This document shows, piece after piece, positions 1-13,732 of a stretch of DNA of 64,000 nucleotides (position 1 is the stretch's first letter; each line of letters begins with the position of its first letter). A program made the position numbers and the translations under genes. Below the pieces are notes generated by a model, which saw nothing but the letters and a program-made list of their open reading frames with translations, did not search any database and was not told where the DNA came from. Source of the DNA: Bugula neritina (lineage: Eukaryota; Animalia; Bryozoa); NCBI GenBank assembly GCA_964035545.1, contig OZ037767.1, forward strand, positions 22,956,628 through 23,020,627, written 5' to 3'.

Positions 1-3000
1 TTTCTTTTCTGGAAGTAGAAACAAGAAAATCATAAACAGCTTAATATTACAAATCATTGTTCAGCGTAGAAGCAGTTACATTATATTCCTTTTACTAAAT
101 CATGATAGTTTTGTACGTAGATGATATAAAAGGACTTTGAAAAATTGATGTTAATTCTTAAAACACATTTTAAATGCAAGAACTTTTTTTTAAAAGAACA
201 GCGTTGAGATTTTTCCAGTAACGTGTTTTACTTTTATAATCAGCTCGCAATTTGAGGACTAAGGCAAATGTTACTTTAGTAGACACTAGTTTTACTTTAA
301 GCATACCTGAACATCTTCTCTTTTTAGGTCAAGAACTCTGTTGACCAAATTCTCAAAGTAGGTCATACTTTCCTGTCCAGCAAACGTCATGTCAAAGAAA
401 CGGCCAAGAATCTCTTTCACTTTTCTCGGCAATGAAACTGTAAATGCAGAACATAAATGGTACATGAGATTGTAGCTAGCAAATGTTTTTTTTAAAAAAA
501 ACTTGCATTTGTTTGAAGTCTACCAGGAATGAGCTCTGAACTGTGTGAAGGCTATGGCAGAGAGCAAGTATGAGCAGGTGCTCTTTCTGACATCAACAAT
601 GACCCTTCAGATTGGATTCGAACTCATGACCTATCACATATTAGACTAGTTCGCTATAAGCACGTCTTTCTGCAAACTGAAAAGTCTACCTTCTTTATGA
701 ATAGCATTCAGTGCTTTAGTTACTTCTATTTTTTGAATTAATTCAACATTTATCTTCTAATCATTACTGTACCTCCTATGCTCAGAATAACTATAGTGTA
801 TCCTATACTATGCTATGGTATGCTGTGCTATGCTGTGTTATGCTATGCTATGCTATACTGTTATACCTGCTAATAAAAATATTATGCAATCCCCTAAAAA
901 TCAGCAAATTGAGGTCTGCATCGACAAACCAACAACTGCTTAAGCATTAGCTAAATAATAATACTGCTTACCAATCAATATCACTCTAATAATCTGCAAG
1001 CTTTTAATAAAAAGCTGTTCACTTTTGGTAAGCCCAAAGAAAGGTTTGGAATGGTAAACAAATGGGTGATCTGGGTTAGAGCTGGCATCAACATCCACAC
1101 CAAATGCAGTACTTGCAATAACATCCATAGTGAAGGCAGCAGTGTGTCTACAAAAATAGTATTTGTGCATCTACACTTTACTAAGGTGAAACTCAATATA
1201 TACATGTGCATTTACTTTGGAAAAAAAGCATTTGCTTCATCAGTACAGCCAATGATGAAAACTAGAAAATACTCACCCACCCACAGCTATAGATTCTTTA
1301 GATTCAGTGAGAGATATCAGTTTTTCAGCAAGCTTGCCTGCACATGCATTGATGGTTTGTTGCATCTTTAAATTCATCAGATTAAATAAAAGAATAAACT
1401 TTTTGCAAAGTATGTTGATGTAATATAATAATATAATAATACGATAATAGATATAATCAAATATAATAATATGATATTAGACAAAATAATAATATAACTA
1501 TTGAAATTGCCTATCTATATTAATTATGATCAAACAGCTTCTCTACAGTTTTCTAGGTATGGTGTTAAAGAATTAGTGAAACAACTTTTATTCTAACTGA
1601 AAAATATACAGTGCTAGTATGCTTATAAGCAAAGTAAGGAAGGAAAAGCTGTATTCTTCATTTAATACCTAAATTTTGGTAGCTAGAGGAAACGTCATCT
1701 TTGGAGATAAAAAGACGTTTAAAAATGATTTGACATTGACTCATTAAAATAAATTTTGAATGGTAAAAATAGTATAACTAAGCGTGATGATGTGTTTATA
1801 GTTCGGTTATTTCAAAGTTAGCACTGTAATACGCCGGTGAAAAATAATATATAATAGGATTTCAATATACTCTACATGCAGTTTGTAATATTGGGTTAAT
1901 AGTTTAATTTTACAGCGGTCAATATTCATGAGTTTCATGCGACAGAAGTTTTTAGCGTGTGAGATTGCGTGATATAATAAAATGGTCATGATTATTGCGT
2001 ATACCGAATGTTAGGAAAAATGAAGATAATTATTTGGGCTAGAGCAGGTAAAGTTTTCTATGTACAGCAACTTGCATCTTTTTACTTAAATAAAATCTAT
2101 ACCTGCTTTAATTTCCCAGAGGTGAAAGTCGGTGTAATGGTAGATCTAACATGTTTCCAGTGATCATCTTTCAATGCTGTTATATGACTGGTAATAAAAC
2201 TGTTTTCATTTATAACATTTCTTTTATTAGTAAAAGAAGCAAACTCTTTAATGGCAATCTCTTTCACAACGTCTGCATCAACAACTTGTAGCACTGCTTG
2301 CCGCCCTTGAAATGTTCTGTAAAGTTGCAAGCAATTCTGATAGAATTGAAGCTGTTTTGTCAACAACATACCTTGTTGCAAGACATAAAGCTGAGTTCAC
2401 ATGCAAAAGAAAACTGTGTGTACTAGTACTAAAACCTAAATAAAAACAGTTTATATTTGATTATGAAAAATATTAGGGTTTCTGTGATAAAAATTTAGTA
2501 ATTTATAACTAATATTGATGTTTACATAAGAAAATGCATGAGTAGTAATCTAATTATAGTTTAATGTTTAAAGTGCCAATAGGATAGGAAAAAAATCATC
2601 AATATATTAATGACTAGTCAATCAATCAATCAATAATCGATTTGGATGTATAAATAGTGTATCTATCAATGAATATAAAGCATTTCTAATTTAATTTGAT
2701 ATTTTGATATGGCTGTTATTTATTTCTTGTCACCAGAAATTCAGATGACATTGATGGTAGAAATTTTTGCATAGATCTGCTGTTTACAGTGCATTTGCAG
2801 CAAGACTGGGAAATAAAGAAAAATTACCCATAAATTCTTCCAGGATATTCCTTGACTAGTTTTATGTCTAACATTGGCACTGCCTAAAATACAACAGATC
2901 AACATATTATTATATTATTATGACATAAAAACTGGTAATGGACAAATATTGTGTTGCATAATTCACTGGTGTTGAAAATGATGCAGCCATAACAAGAATC

Positions 3001-3507
3001 CTACACTCACTGTAGTTAGAATCTCCAGTGCATTGCCAACATATGGTATAGAAACAGGTCTATAAGGAACTCCCATCTTTTCAAATGTATCATATGTTGA
3101 TGTTCCATGCCTACCAGCCAAACACAACAAGTTGTTATGTAATCAATACTACTGGGTTCAGCTTTAGTGTATTAAATTCAACTATATTCATTTCAGCCAT
3201 TCCATGCCCAATACGTGCATATCATTGACAAACTTTATTTTCTCAACTTAAAAATTGGAGAAACTATATAAGGGTAATTAATTCCAAAAAGATAAAGCTC
3301 TGACATACAGTATATTATACAGATCTTAAACCTGTATTATCTAAATAGCAATAGATTAGCTCATCACAGTTAATATAGAATAACTTTAATATGAAGATCA
3401 ACTACAACCTGAGATCTGAGAAGCTAGATAACTTACCAGTAAAGTAGAGGACACACTATACAAATCAGTAGAACCCACAGAGGTATTTCCAAACCACACA
3501 GAAGCAT
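1..3507 (-). CDS. Cytochrome P450, clan 3 (CYP3A/TBXAS1-like), N-terminal part; continues beyond the left edge
   Basis: Phase-consistent GT-AG exons: 3507-3437 (MLLCGLEIPLWVLLICIVCPLLYW, membrane anchor), 3110-3011 (FEKMGVPYRPVSIPYVGN, proline-rich hinge), 2883-2828, 2316-2103 (KEIAIKEFASFTNKR...DDHWKHVRSTITPTFTSGKLKQ, WxxxR C-helix), 1365-1277, 1147-972 (FTMDVIASTAFGVD), 437-307, and a further exon starting at 8. The heme motif lies outside the window. Confidence 0.92.
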
Positions 3508-4729
3508 TGCTTTTTCTTATTGAACCTATACAGTACAGAGTAGCAGAGTATAGAAAGTCATGTGGAGACAATAACCAGTGATACTAACTATTACAATAAT
3601 ACTTCTAGATGTATTGTTGGTTGTTAGCAATACATTACATATACCAGGTATTCAACAGATAATTTTAACTAAAGTTGGTGAAAGACATGGTGTGTGAAGT
3701 CTGTATTCAGACTGTCAGCTTAGATGCCAGTTATGGTGGCGAATTACATCTTTAAATAACCAATAATATGATAAATTTCTATAGATACCTATAGAAAATG
3801 TACACAGGGAGGGTAACAGTAGTGAGCGCTGTATTTACCACTAGTCTTTTTATCAAATTTATTTCTACTGAACAAGTATAAACTACTTCTTATACTATAA
3901 AAAAGCTTTTTTTTGTAAAGATATTTGTATCAGAAATGCATTCTATACGATACAAGGTCAAAGTTTGCATTCCACACGTATGAGGTAGGTGCAGCCATAG
4001 GAAAATATGAAAATCATGTGTTCTAGATAAAAAAAACCATCAGCACTCCAAACCAAAGTTTATATAAACCATGAAAATATTTGTAAAACTATTAAAATTT
4101 TTCTGCTATACTGCACCCAAATATTGTACATCTACAAGGTTGAAAAGTACATAAATTTAGATATTTCAGTTTCCTGTGCAGTAGAATATATTTTCACTTA
4201 ACAGAAATATATGTTCTAGCACTTTAACTAAGTGCTAGGTAATGTAAAAACTTTAACTGTAATAGGCCTACCAAAAACTTGGCAAAAGGTTTTGTTAAAA
4301 ATGGAAATACTGTTATATTAACCTTGAGTGTTAAATTCACTGTACAGGGTTTTCATTGTATAGAGTCAAGTTCATATAGAGCAATACAGGAATATATTAT
4401 ATAACGTATTTTTCTGCATCTCGTAAAGAAAACAGAAGTATGTTTGAACTAATTGTATGATAGTTTGAATGTTGATGGTTCTTTTGCTTCAATGGTTACA
4501 ATGTAGTCTTTTGTATTGTATTGTAGTTGAAGTATTTTTGTTAAAGTTTTCTCGGTTTACAAAGAACATAGAAAATAATTGACAAAAGGCCTTAAAGCTA
4601 TATAAAAATATGAGTAAAAGCTATATTGAAACCTGTTCTGACTGTGAAAGGCAGATACACAAATCATATACAATAAAATAAATTAAGTTGGAGTAATGCT
4701 TTGATGTATACATCACACACAGTAGCCAC

Positions 4730-5606
4730 CAGGGTTGGGGTAATCAAGCCCTCAGCCAATCACTAGCAATTCTTAAAATTTCATTGGTTTCTTTATCATT
4801 CACAGAATGTATGTACTACGCAACACTGACCAATCATGAACATGAAGATTCTGATCAATGTATAGTTGCTGAAGCAGTTTCATCCCAGATAGACACTTCC
4901 CAGTTAGAAGCTATTTTTAATTTTGGTACCATAATAATGTATATAACTGTTATATCGATTGCTAAAGAGCTAATAGCTATAATAGGTAATATAAAGTATC
5001 TGGAATAATAGCCCACTTTTCACAGATTTGTGTGGGGCAAAAAACAGTTATAAGTTAATAATAGACATTATTTTTTATGAACACCTATTAATGAAATATT
5101 TTTTTCCCAACAAAAAGTATAGAATATGCAAAATTAATAAGTTAATAAGTTTAATATACATATATTTTGATAATATTCAAATAAATTGCACATAAAATAT
5201 GCATTTACAACAAACAAACCTGGCCCTTCTAACGCCTTGAATCTTGAGATCTAACTCTCTTTCAAAAAAATTTGCCCATCTCTGGTCTACTGTTTAATAA
5301 ACAGTTCAAATTATTTTAATGTAGTATTTATCACCTTATTCGTTACTGTTGAGAACAAAGAAGGTTTTTAGTTGTCAAAATTGCCCCTGGTAGTTGGACC
5401 CCAAAAGTGAGATTATATAACTTTTATTGTCTCTTGCGAGAACAAAAGTAATTGTAATTGTAATTAATTACATTACCATGTAATTGAAATTGTAATTAAT
5501 TACATTTATTTCAGCTGTAATTTTATAATTGTAATTGTAATTGACAAAATCTCATGTAATTGTAATTGTACTTAATTACATTCATATGTAATTGACCCCA
5601 ACCCTG
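4730..5606. mobile_element. Non-autonomous hAT-type DNA transposon (877 bp)
   Basis: Terminal inverted repeat CAGGGTTGGGGT...ACCCCAACCCTG; perfect 8-bp target-site duplication GTAGCCAC (4722-4729 and 5607-5614); subterminal GTAATT repeats at 5448-5593; no transposase ORF. Confidence 0.85.
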
Positions 5607-7104
5607 GTAGCCACAATATAAAATCTTACAGAAGTGCATTATAAAGACCATTTCTTTTACTAACACACCTGCTAGATTTTAACACTTTTACAATATTTAT
5701 TTTTTATTTCAAGGTTTTGTAAAAACGTGAATTTAAAACTGAAGATTTCTATTCTCATTTGCTTGTCAAATTTGTGAAGTCTCGCTTTCCAAACACAATT
5801 TTAATTCCGCAAATTGAATTATGCTATTAGATGATCTATAAGTATGAATGCGAGTAGGAAAAAATAATCTATTAAGAAATAGGTTTTTGGTATCTACAAA
5901 AGTTTAAAATTTAAGATGCAACAAGTACAACAATTCGTAGCTTATAGAATTTTCTTTTTTTGACCTTATTCTACACTCAACAATTCATATGTACTGTAAA
6001 GTTTTGATAATCCCTCACACATTTATTAGTCTGAACCAAATATTATCGTAGAGTTAAGATTGATTGATGCTGTATATGAGCAGTCATTTGTTTGCAATTT
6101 TCAAACTGCTTTTTGTTTTATGTATCGCTATGTAAGCTAATAGAATAAACAATATAACATATTGGACTAATCAAATATTAGGAAATAGGTATGAAATATA
6201 GACTAAAACTTTAAAATTATAGCAAATATCAAAAACAATATAACAATAAGATATTACTAACCTGAGCCTCTTTGATTGCAATTCAGATATTTATAATTTA
6301 TTACTTTATCCTTACGATGCTTAAACCGAAATGGAGGCAAAAGTATTAGCAGATACTCATCTAAGCTAGTATGCCACGAAATATTAACCGCAGCCAATGG
6401 TAAGGTTATCCTTTTCACAAGGCAATTACTTAATAAGTCATCAAGTGGGATGAGGGGAAAGGGGGGCAATGAACCATGTAAAACTCAGCCAATCAGCAAC
6501 GTGTACCACTGGAATGCCTCATCATTATGAATAATAAAAAATTCTGCAAGTTCAACTGCAAAATGTATGCTTCTAAAATAGTTGTGCAAATTTTACTATA
6601 TGCTAAATCCTCAGTGATTTTATTGCATGTAAGCTGGAAACTATTTAGGAGGTTAAATAAACCATCACTGCTGTTAGTATTGCTTATAAGCTATATACAC
6701 AGAATACATTATGGTTTTCTCCTAAATTTTGAAAATAATGGTTAGTTGAATCTGCAAGAGTTGACATGCACAGTTATTAGCAATAGACTTAATATAGGCT
6801 TTTCATCTATACTCTATAACATGAGTATAATTATTATGTATTCCATAGTACGTCTTAGTATAAAAGCATAAATTTTCAATTAAGATTTGAATTTGCTGAA
6901 CTCTTACACATCAACCCAAGTCAAAATCAATCTTATTTTTTAGTTTTTCAGACTGTTATTTGGCATGATTTTATAAGAACTGCCAATAAAAATATTCAAT
7001 TCATCTGAAAACAAGTAGGCCTATAACATATAATATACATATGCAGTTATAATATAGGACCCTGGGCTAGCACTAACTAATACACCATATTCTATTCTAT
7101 TCAG

Positions 7105-9550
7105 ACTCATATATTCTCTTCTGTCCACAATCTTCAATCACTCAATTCACTCACTCCTCGCACACTCTGTTTTATATCTCAACACTCACACAAGCCATAC
7201 CCATATCCATGTTGATGCAAATATCACAGAGTTGTGCACTCCCTATACACACAAGAGTAAAAGAAGACAACTACAACTAACTTACAAATTAGGATACAAC
7301 ATTTCACCCCCTGCTTGTGATTACATATCCACATGTAAATACTTGGCTAGACAGATTGAGAGGTAAATGTTGCAGCAACTGGGTCACACTATTAGTTATA
7401 TGCGCAGGAATATCAATGACCCTATTTTCTTAATCTGGATCGATAGATTTGTGTAGCACTGAACCCATATCAACATTCGCTTTAATGTAATTGTATGTAC
7501 GACATGAAACAAAGAATTATAATTTGACTACAGTGGCAGTGTTAATTGCTTTTAACTTTTTGTATCAGCTATGGTAACCTACATTTAAAAAGCTTGTCAT
7601 GCAATTATACCCATCTCTATATACACATATCAACCTGGACTAGCTGCAGTGCTATAGCGTCATGGGCCTTCTCATTTCGTTTATTTTTCTCAACTGTATG
7701 TATTTTTTCCGTCTGCGACAAAATAAAACAAACAAACAAACATTATATGTTATCGCGATAGAAAAATGCTGCAACTGAAATTGAGGTATCAGGGTATCAG
7801 TATATACTAATAAACATGTAGTCAGCACTTAGGGCTCTACATCAACAGGTTGTCGCATTTACTGGGGTAAGAATATCTCCACATAAGGATAAAGCTAGCA
7901 TAATTGTGAGATGTTTGATATATGTGATAACTGGATGAGCATGTTGTAGACTAAGGTGTACATATATGAAGGAAATGGTAATTGTTATAGGTAATAGGCG
8001 GTAAGTATGGGTATCACTATCATATTATTAGAAATGTTTACGGAGTAAAATCTAGAGCCCAAAAACCAGAACGGAAATATTTCCATCACACAGAAGTTGT
8101 GTAACAATATCTTAAAACAACCATTCCAAGCTGTCTTGTTGAGTATAAGGCTCACAGCTCATTTAAGGTTTATGCCTGGTTCTCTATATTCTAAACTATC
8201 TAGTATGACTCGCTTAGGACCAGCTATCAGTTTAATTAACAAAATTACTTCCCCTTAGGTTATAGCTAATTACTTCGAATTAGCAGAACCCAACTATGCT
8301 AACGCTTTGCTAGAGAATGAAAATTACTTGATTACTACCGAGCAGCAAGATGATATCAATTCAATCAACACTGTGAACATATAAATTCAAAAGACTTCAT
8401 AGTTCTTCTACATACTGAACCTTTCCAGTTCATTGATCATACATGTCAATTCTCCAATAATAGTGGTATGGTGCACTAGTCACAAACGGTACCATGACTA
8501 CCTACCAGCTTGAATTTGTTAAGGCCTGTATGCCCGCATGGTTCAGGATAAGCTTAATAGACGATTACTTCAAAAAGAAATCCTATAACATGATTAGATT
8601 TACTATCTATTAACTCAATTAGCCTACCCCTGGTTCAATTTACGGTTCACCATAATTTGACTAAAAATAATATTGGCACTTGAGTATAAAAAAGTTTAAT
8701 TAGAGTTAACTAGGATCACAGTCTAGGACAATACATGGGAGGGACTGAGGCAGTACTGGTGGCAGCCAACACGCCACATGTGCTGCAGTCACATGTAGCA
8801 ATGTCAGCCCCACCACAGTGCCTGTCTCCACATGTATTCTGCTAATAATAAAGCTTATATTCCTTTTTTATAGTTGCAGAACTAATTGCTAACTAATAAA
8901 CAACCTTAATTCCTGGTAACTATCATGTGCGACCGGTACAACATAACTACAGTATATATGTATAATTACGGCTATTTGCAGATAGGTTTCTATATAAATA
9001 AATGAGCTTATAGCCTACTGGTCTATGATTTTTAGTGTATGTTGTGTTATACTAAATGAGGTCATGCGCCGTTATTGTCATGTTGTGCTTATATGTGGAT
9101 CTTCGCCAGGCCGCAGCGATTCATTAATTACAAATTCACAACATTGCACACATAAAATTACACACACACGCACACACACGCACACGCACACGCACACGCA
9201 CACACACGCACACACACGCACACACACACGCACACACACACACACACATATATATATATGCTGCGGTATATGCCATTATGAAGTTTTATATACCCGAGGC
9301 GTGTCACTGTGCCATTTTCATTTGTGTTTCAACTCATATATCTCTTCTGTCTACAATCTTCAATCACTCACTCCTCTCACAATTTCTCACAATCTCACAT
9401 ACACACTATGTTTTATATCTCAACACTAACACAAGCCACACCCACGCTATATTATGTATGTTGATGCGAATATCACAGAGTTGTGCACTCCCTATACACA
9501 CAAGAGTAAAAGAAGACAACTACAACTAACTTACAAATTGGGATACAACA
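7105..9550 (-). mobile_element. Probable decayed LTR retrotransposon remnant (two ~200-bp LTR-like direct repeats)
   Basis: 7105-7301 and 9332-9550 are direct repeats that both start TGTTGTATCC on the minus strand. The left copy is preceded on the minus strand by a purine-rich tract AAGCAGGGGGTGAAA (7302-7316, PPT-like). No intact gag/pol, PBS or TSD was identified. Confidence 0.5.
9158..9259. repeat. (CA)n/(CACACG)n microsatellite followed by (TA)n
   Basis: Directly visible. Confidence 0.95.
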
Positions 9551-10755
9551 ACTATAAGTTACATTACAATGGCGAAATGATGAAAGCACGTCAACGAACT
9601 ATGCATTATAAAATTATATGTATTTTTGTTACCAGTGAAAAACAGCTGATCCTATTTTTAAAGGCTCCTAATTTGATGTTGCTACTGCCAAAAGCTGGAC
9701 CCAAACAATCAAAAAGATTTGGACAGTTTCACACACAGGTTTCAGTGAGCCTCAGATCCTCAACTCATGTTTTAGTGACATACCTTGAGGCCTACTTTAG
9801 ATACAAAAGGTTTCTATTGGGCTTTTCCTATCATGCTGAATAGCTGGTAAAAATTCGATGTCTCTTGTATGGGTTTATTAAAAAGCTCACCAAGTTGCTC
9901 ATGCAGTCCTTTATCTACCCTTTATCTTCTCTTAGTCTACCTTCTCTCTACTTTTTATTTATTATTTTTTTACTTCTTGCCTACTCTTTATTTATCCTTT
10001 ATCTACTTGTTATCTACTCTTTACTTACCCATGAGCACTCTGTTCTCACACTATGGGAGGCATCTAGTTTGCATTCATGTAGAGCAGTGATTGCACTATT
10101 ATGGTCATACTCTGTCACAAGATCTACAGCTGTCACTACCTCCTTAATCAATGCCGATTGATAGAGGAGTCAAGACTCTAGAAGCTTCATTTAAGGGTAA
10201 AAGTGACCTAAATTTTTATGTTGGATTCATTGTATTCTACTGCCTCAGCATTAATCTATCAGCTTTCTTTTTTATAATAATATGTAACTTACATTTTTAG
10301 CTTTTATGGTATTTTATCTGACTTTTTTATTTTGTTTTCTATGATGTTCTGAATACTTTGACCATTCTTCTTAATAAGCATGTCTTTTACTACTTTGTGT
10401 CACAGCCTAGTAAGATAAACAGTGTAGCTTCATTCATTTTAAGTGCAATTTAAAAATACTGAATAATAATTCTAAACTTAGCTTGAGAACTGAAGCAGTG
10501 TCTATCCATTTAGTAGAGACATTCTATATAACCCATCAAATTAATTCAGACTAATACAAAAACAAAATACTTGTTATAATTGTTTTATAAAAATGCAGCT
10601 CAACAACTGCCCTTAAGCGTTGTAATTGCTTGTAGTGAATCTAACATTTTATTTTATTGAAACAAGACAATTTCATATTTTTATATTTAGTCGCAATGGT
10701 GATCAATAATCTTTCAGAGATTTTAAGGAGAAAATCGAAAACGTCATTTCTGTTG

Positions 10756-11398
10756 CTATTTTGTTGGTGCCTCATTGCACTCGCAGAGCTTGCAACCTAC
10801 AATTAGCAATTAAATTATTCTAAACGATGCTCTTTACAAAACAGCAGAGTGTGCACGATTATGGAAACTCTAGCATAGACAAGGCTATACAGACCGTATT
10901 CGTCTACTTTGTATCCATGGAAACATAAGCATCTGCAAGGAGCTCTATTTTCATCTGCCTTTGTGCAATATCTGCAGCTGTTGGCTATGCAGGATCTGCC
11001 AAAGGAGCAGTCGTCGTCAGCTAAGCATTTCTATGAGTGAATTTGAGATGAAGCAACTTATATACTGCATATACTGTGTGATTGTGAAATGCAACTTTAA
11101 TAAAAATATAACTATTCAGCATAACAATTTGCAATACATATATAAAATATTCTTCACATTGCATATACTGTACTTCATATATTAGCACAGCTAACCTTAT
11201 GCGATAGTTATAAATATTCCCCTAACACCATTACTTGTATACATTAGAATCGGCTAACTTTATACTTAGAAATACAAAACCTATGTTTACCTCTGGTTGA
11301 ACATTGCCTAGCAGTCCACGTCTTCCAAAACTATTACAACTGTTAACTGAAACTACTAGAGTCAGTAATGCGGCAGCTACAATCACAGCACTCTTCAT
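10756..11398 (-). CDS. Small secreted antistasin-family (hirustasin/guamerin-like) serine protease inhibitor, 94 aa
   Basis: Exons 11398-11291, 11030-10895 and 10796-10756 give MKSAVIVAAALLTLVVSVNS-CNSFGRRGLLGNVQPE-KCLADDDCSFGRSCIANSCRYCTKADENRAPCRCLCFHGYKVDEYGCKLCECNEAPTK*. This has a signal peptide and the antistasin signature C-x3-C-x2-G-Y-x2-D-x2-G-C-x2-C-x-C. TATA-like ATATAAG at ~11487-11493 and AATAAA at ~10653-10658 (minus strand). Confidence 0.88.
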
Positions 11399-13732
11399 TT
11401 CTGCTGTCAACTTACAAGAATAGTGTAGAGGTAAACGCAGACAACTAATTGGGTCTGTAGAATTCGTACTAGTAGCCACGTAGAAACTTATATCTCTGAG
11501 AAGTATACCAGATGTTGGATGCTATGAGAAGATAACTATGTAGTTAATAACATAAATATTGATTATAAAATGAACTTGAGGTTATTTTAGTTTGCATTAT
11601 TCTGCTGGTGTAATTAATATCTGGGCTAGAGATTATAAGCTTATTGCAACAAATATGTATGAGTAATAATATGTAAATTGAAGTTGTCTCTACTATAGAC
11701 GATTAGAGTTGTCTTCCTTCTTATTAGCTGGTTCGCAAGGGGATGTATTTCTATGATGAGTTATTAACATTTTTACACAAACTGGAGATGGAGAGGCATA
11801 AAAATATATTTCTCAGCATGTAGGACTCTTATGAGATAGGTTTTTATGAAACTATTGCAACATTATTATCTCACAACAATTATATCAATTCTATGTGCTA
11901 AAACAAAGTTGGTAAAATTGGGATAAGGATATAGTTTACTGTATATTTATACTGAATGAAAAAAATGTTTGACAGCCACTATCATTGGTTAAATTTTGTA
12001 TATAATGTGTATTTAATTAACAAAGATTCTGAATTTGTTACATTAGGTTAGAGAAAAAAAATCACAAATCATTTCATATAAATCATTTTCTTTAATGACA
12101 AAATTTATAAAAACTTACAGCTAGGAAAACATAAATATGATGCGTGCACATAAATGAAAATTCTAGAGTTTGGGTACAAAAAAAATTAAAAATCAAGTTA
12201 TCGAATATTTTAAATTTGCACAAACACATTTTACACGTTAGCTACAAATAAGTTATATATAATATTGAGCATAATATTCTTTTTAAATTATTATGTAAGG
12301 TAAGAGTTTGAAAACTATCGTTCTGTGGGAGAAAAAATATAATACATGTAAAACGTATGTAGACCACCCCAAATACTCCCTATTTAATTTTTGTTTCTAC
12401 AGAGTACTTTCCAGTTATCTGACAAGTCACTGCAACCAGATTGACAATTTTTAAAAATTTGCTATTCTCGTAACTATTTGTGAATTTTCAACCTCATCTT
12501 GGCGCTCAAAAATAACCCTAGATAAATATAGCTGAAAAAAAACCCTGCAAACTGCATTTTGACAGAAAATAAGCCCCGAAATTTTCTGGCTGGACTAGTG
12601 CATTACATTATATATGTGAATCAGCTACAGTAACCTCCTAGCATAAGGAGGTTATAGTGACCTAAGTATTACATATGAAAGATGCATGAATTAAAATTAG
12701 ATGGCCTGTTTAACTGGCCAAAGTACAAAATAGTATAATGATATGATGAAATCAGAGCAAGCTTTACTTTAGTTAGAACAACCTGGTAAACATAGACAAA
12801 GTCGAAACTGGCCGCCATAAATTTAAGTGGTAAAACTTATGAAACATGTATCCAAGTATAAGAATTGCATACTACTTTTAAATGGCAAAATTTAGATTTC
12901 TAGATACTCACATTCTATTGGGACAAAAAGTAAAAATCAAATTATAAATAATTTAAGAAATGATATTGCAAAAAACATCATCTTACTTTGTTGACTCATG
13001 TAAAACTTTTACAATGAAATGCTTGATGTTAAGTCTTTACAGCACAGTTAGCTAAAGAGCTTTGGAAAGTTAATGCATACGACAAGTGCATAGCATCAAC
13101 CTATTCACCTCAATATACTAGGTAAAATTAAGTAGGCTATAGATAGGGCCTATACATTATAGCAATACATTTTATCACAGAAAAACAACTAGCAAGAATT
13201 AATTCATATATTACTGGCTTGCTTAAAATTAGTTAGTTTTTAACTAACAAAATATGTATTTAAATTCATATTAATCAAATGTTTTCTAATTTTTTTTCAA
13301 AATCAGATTACTTTAATTTTTTCTAATAAGTAACTAGAATTAGTATATTATATATAATGACTGATAACCAATTTCAACTTGCACTATCATTGTCTACTAG
13401 AATTTTATGGCTTTGCTTCCTAACCAAAGAAGTATTTATTAATGCTAAGGAAAAGCAAGCATGCAATTTGAAGTACATGTACATGTACTTTAGGCATCAA
13501 AGAATAAAATGAGCTTATATTTTTATGTCACTCCATATAAGTTATATCGTGTAACTTGTTGAGAGACTTTTAGAATATTGATCTATGAAAACTAAATCTA
13601 CTTTTTATAATTTTATATAAGGTTTGAAAAGTTCAACAACAAAAATTTTGAAGCTGAACTCTACAAAGACTATTCCTACATATTTATTTACATGTTATAA
13701 AAGTATGATTCATACTTCATAGAGTAGAATCA

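Noticed and set aside
3987-4118. Weak inverted ends (GGTGCAG...CTGCACC) suggesting a small MITE, with a similar internal word near 24120-24150
   Set aside because: The TIR match is short and imperfect and there is no clear TSD.
11231-11479. ORF read as a stand-alone neuropeptide precursor (signal peptide + CNSF-GRR)
   Set aside because: A donor after 11291 splices in frame to two Cys-rich exons forming an antistasin domain, so the unspliced ORF tail is intronic.
12631-12654. Hairpin TAACCTCCT-AGCATA-AGGAGGTTA resembling a Helentron/HINE end
   Set aside because: No matching other end or second copy was found in the window.
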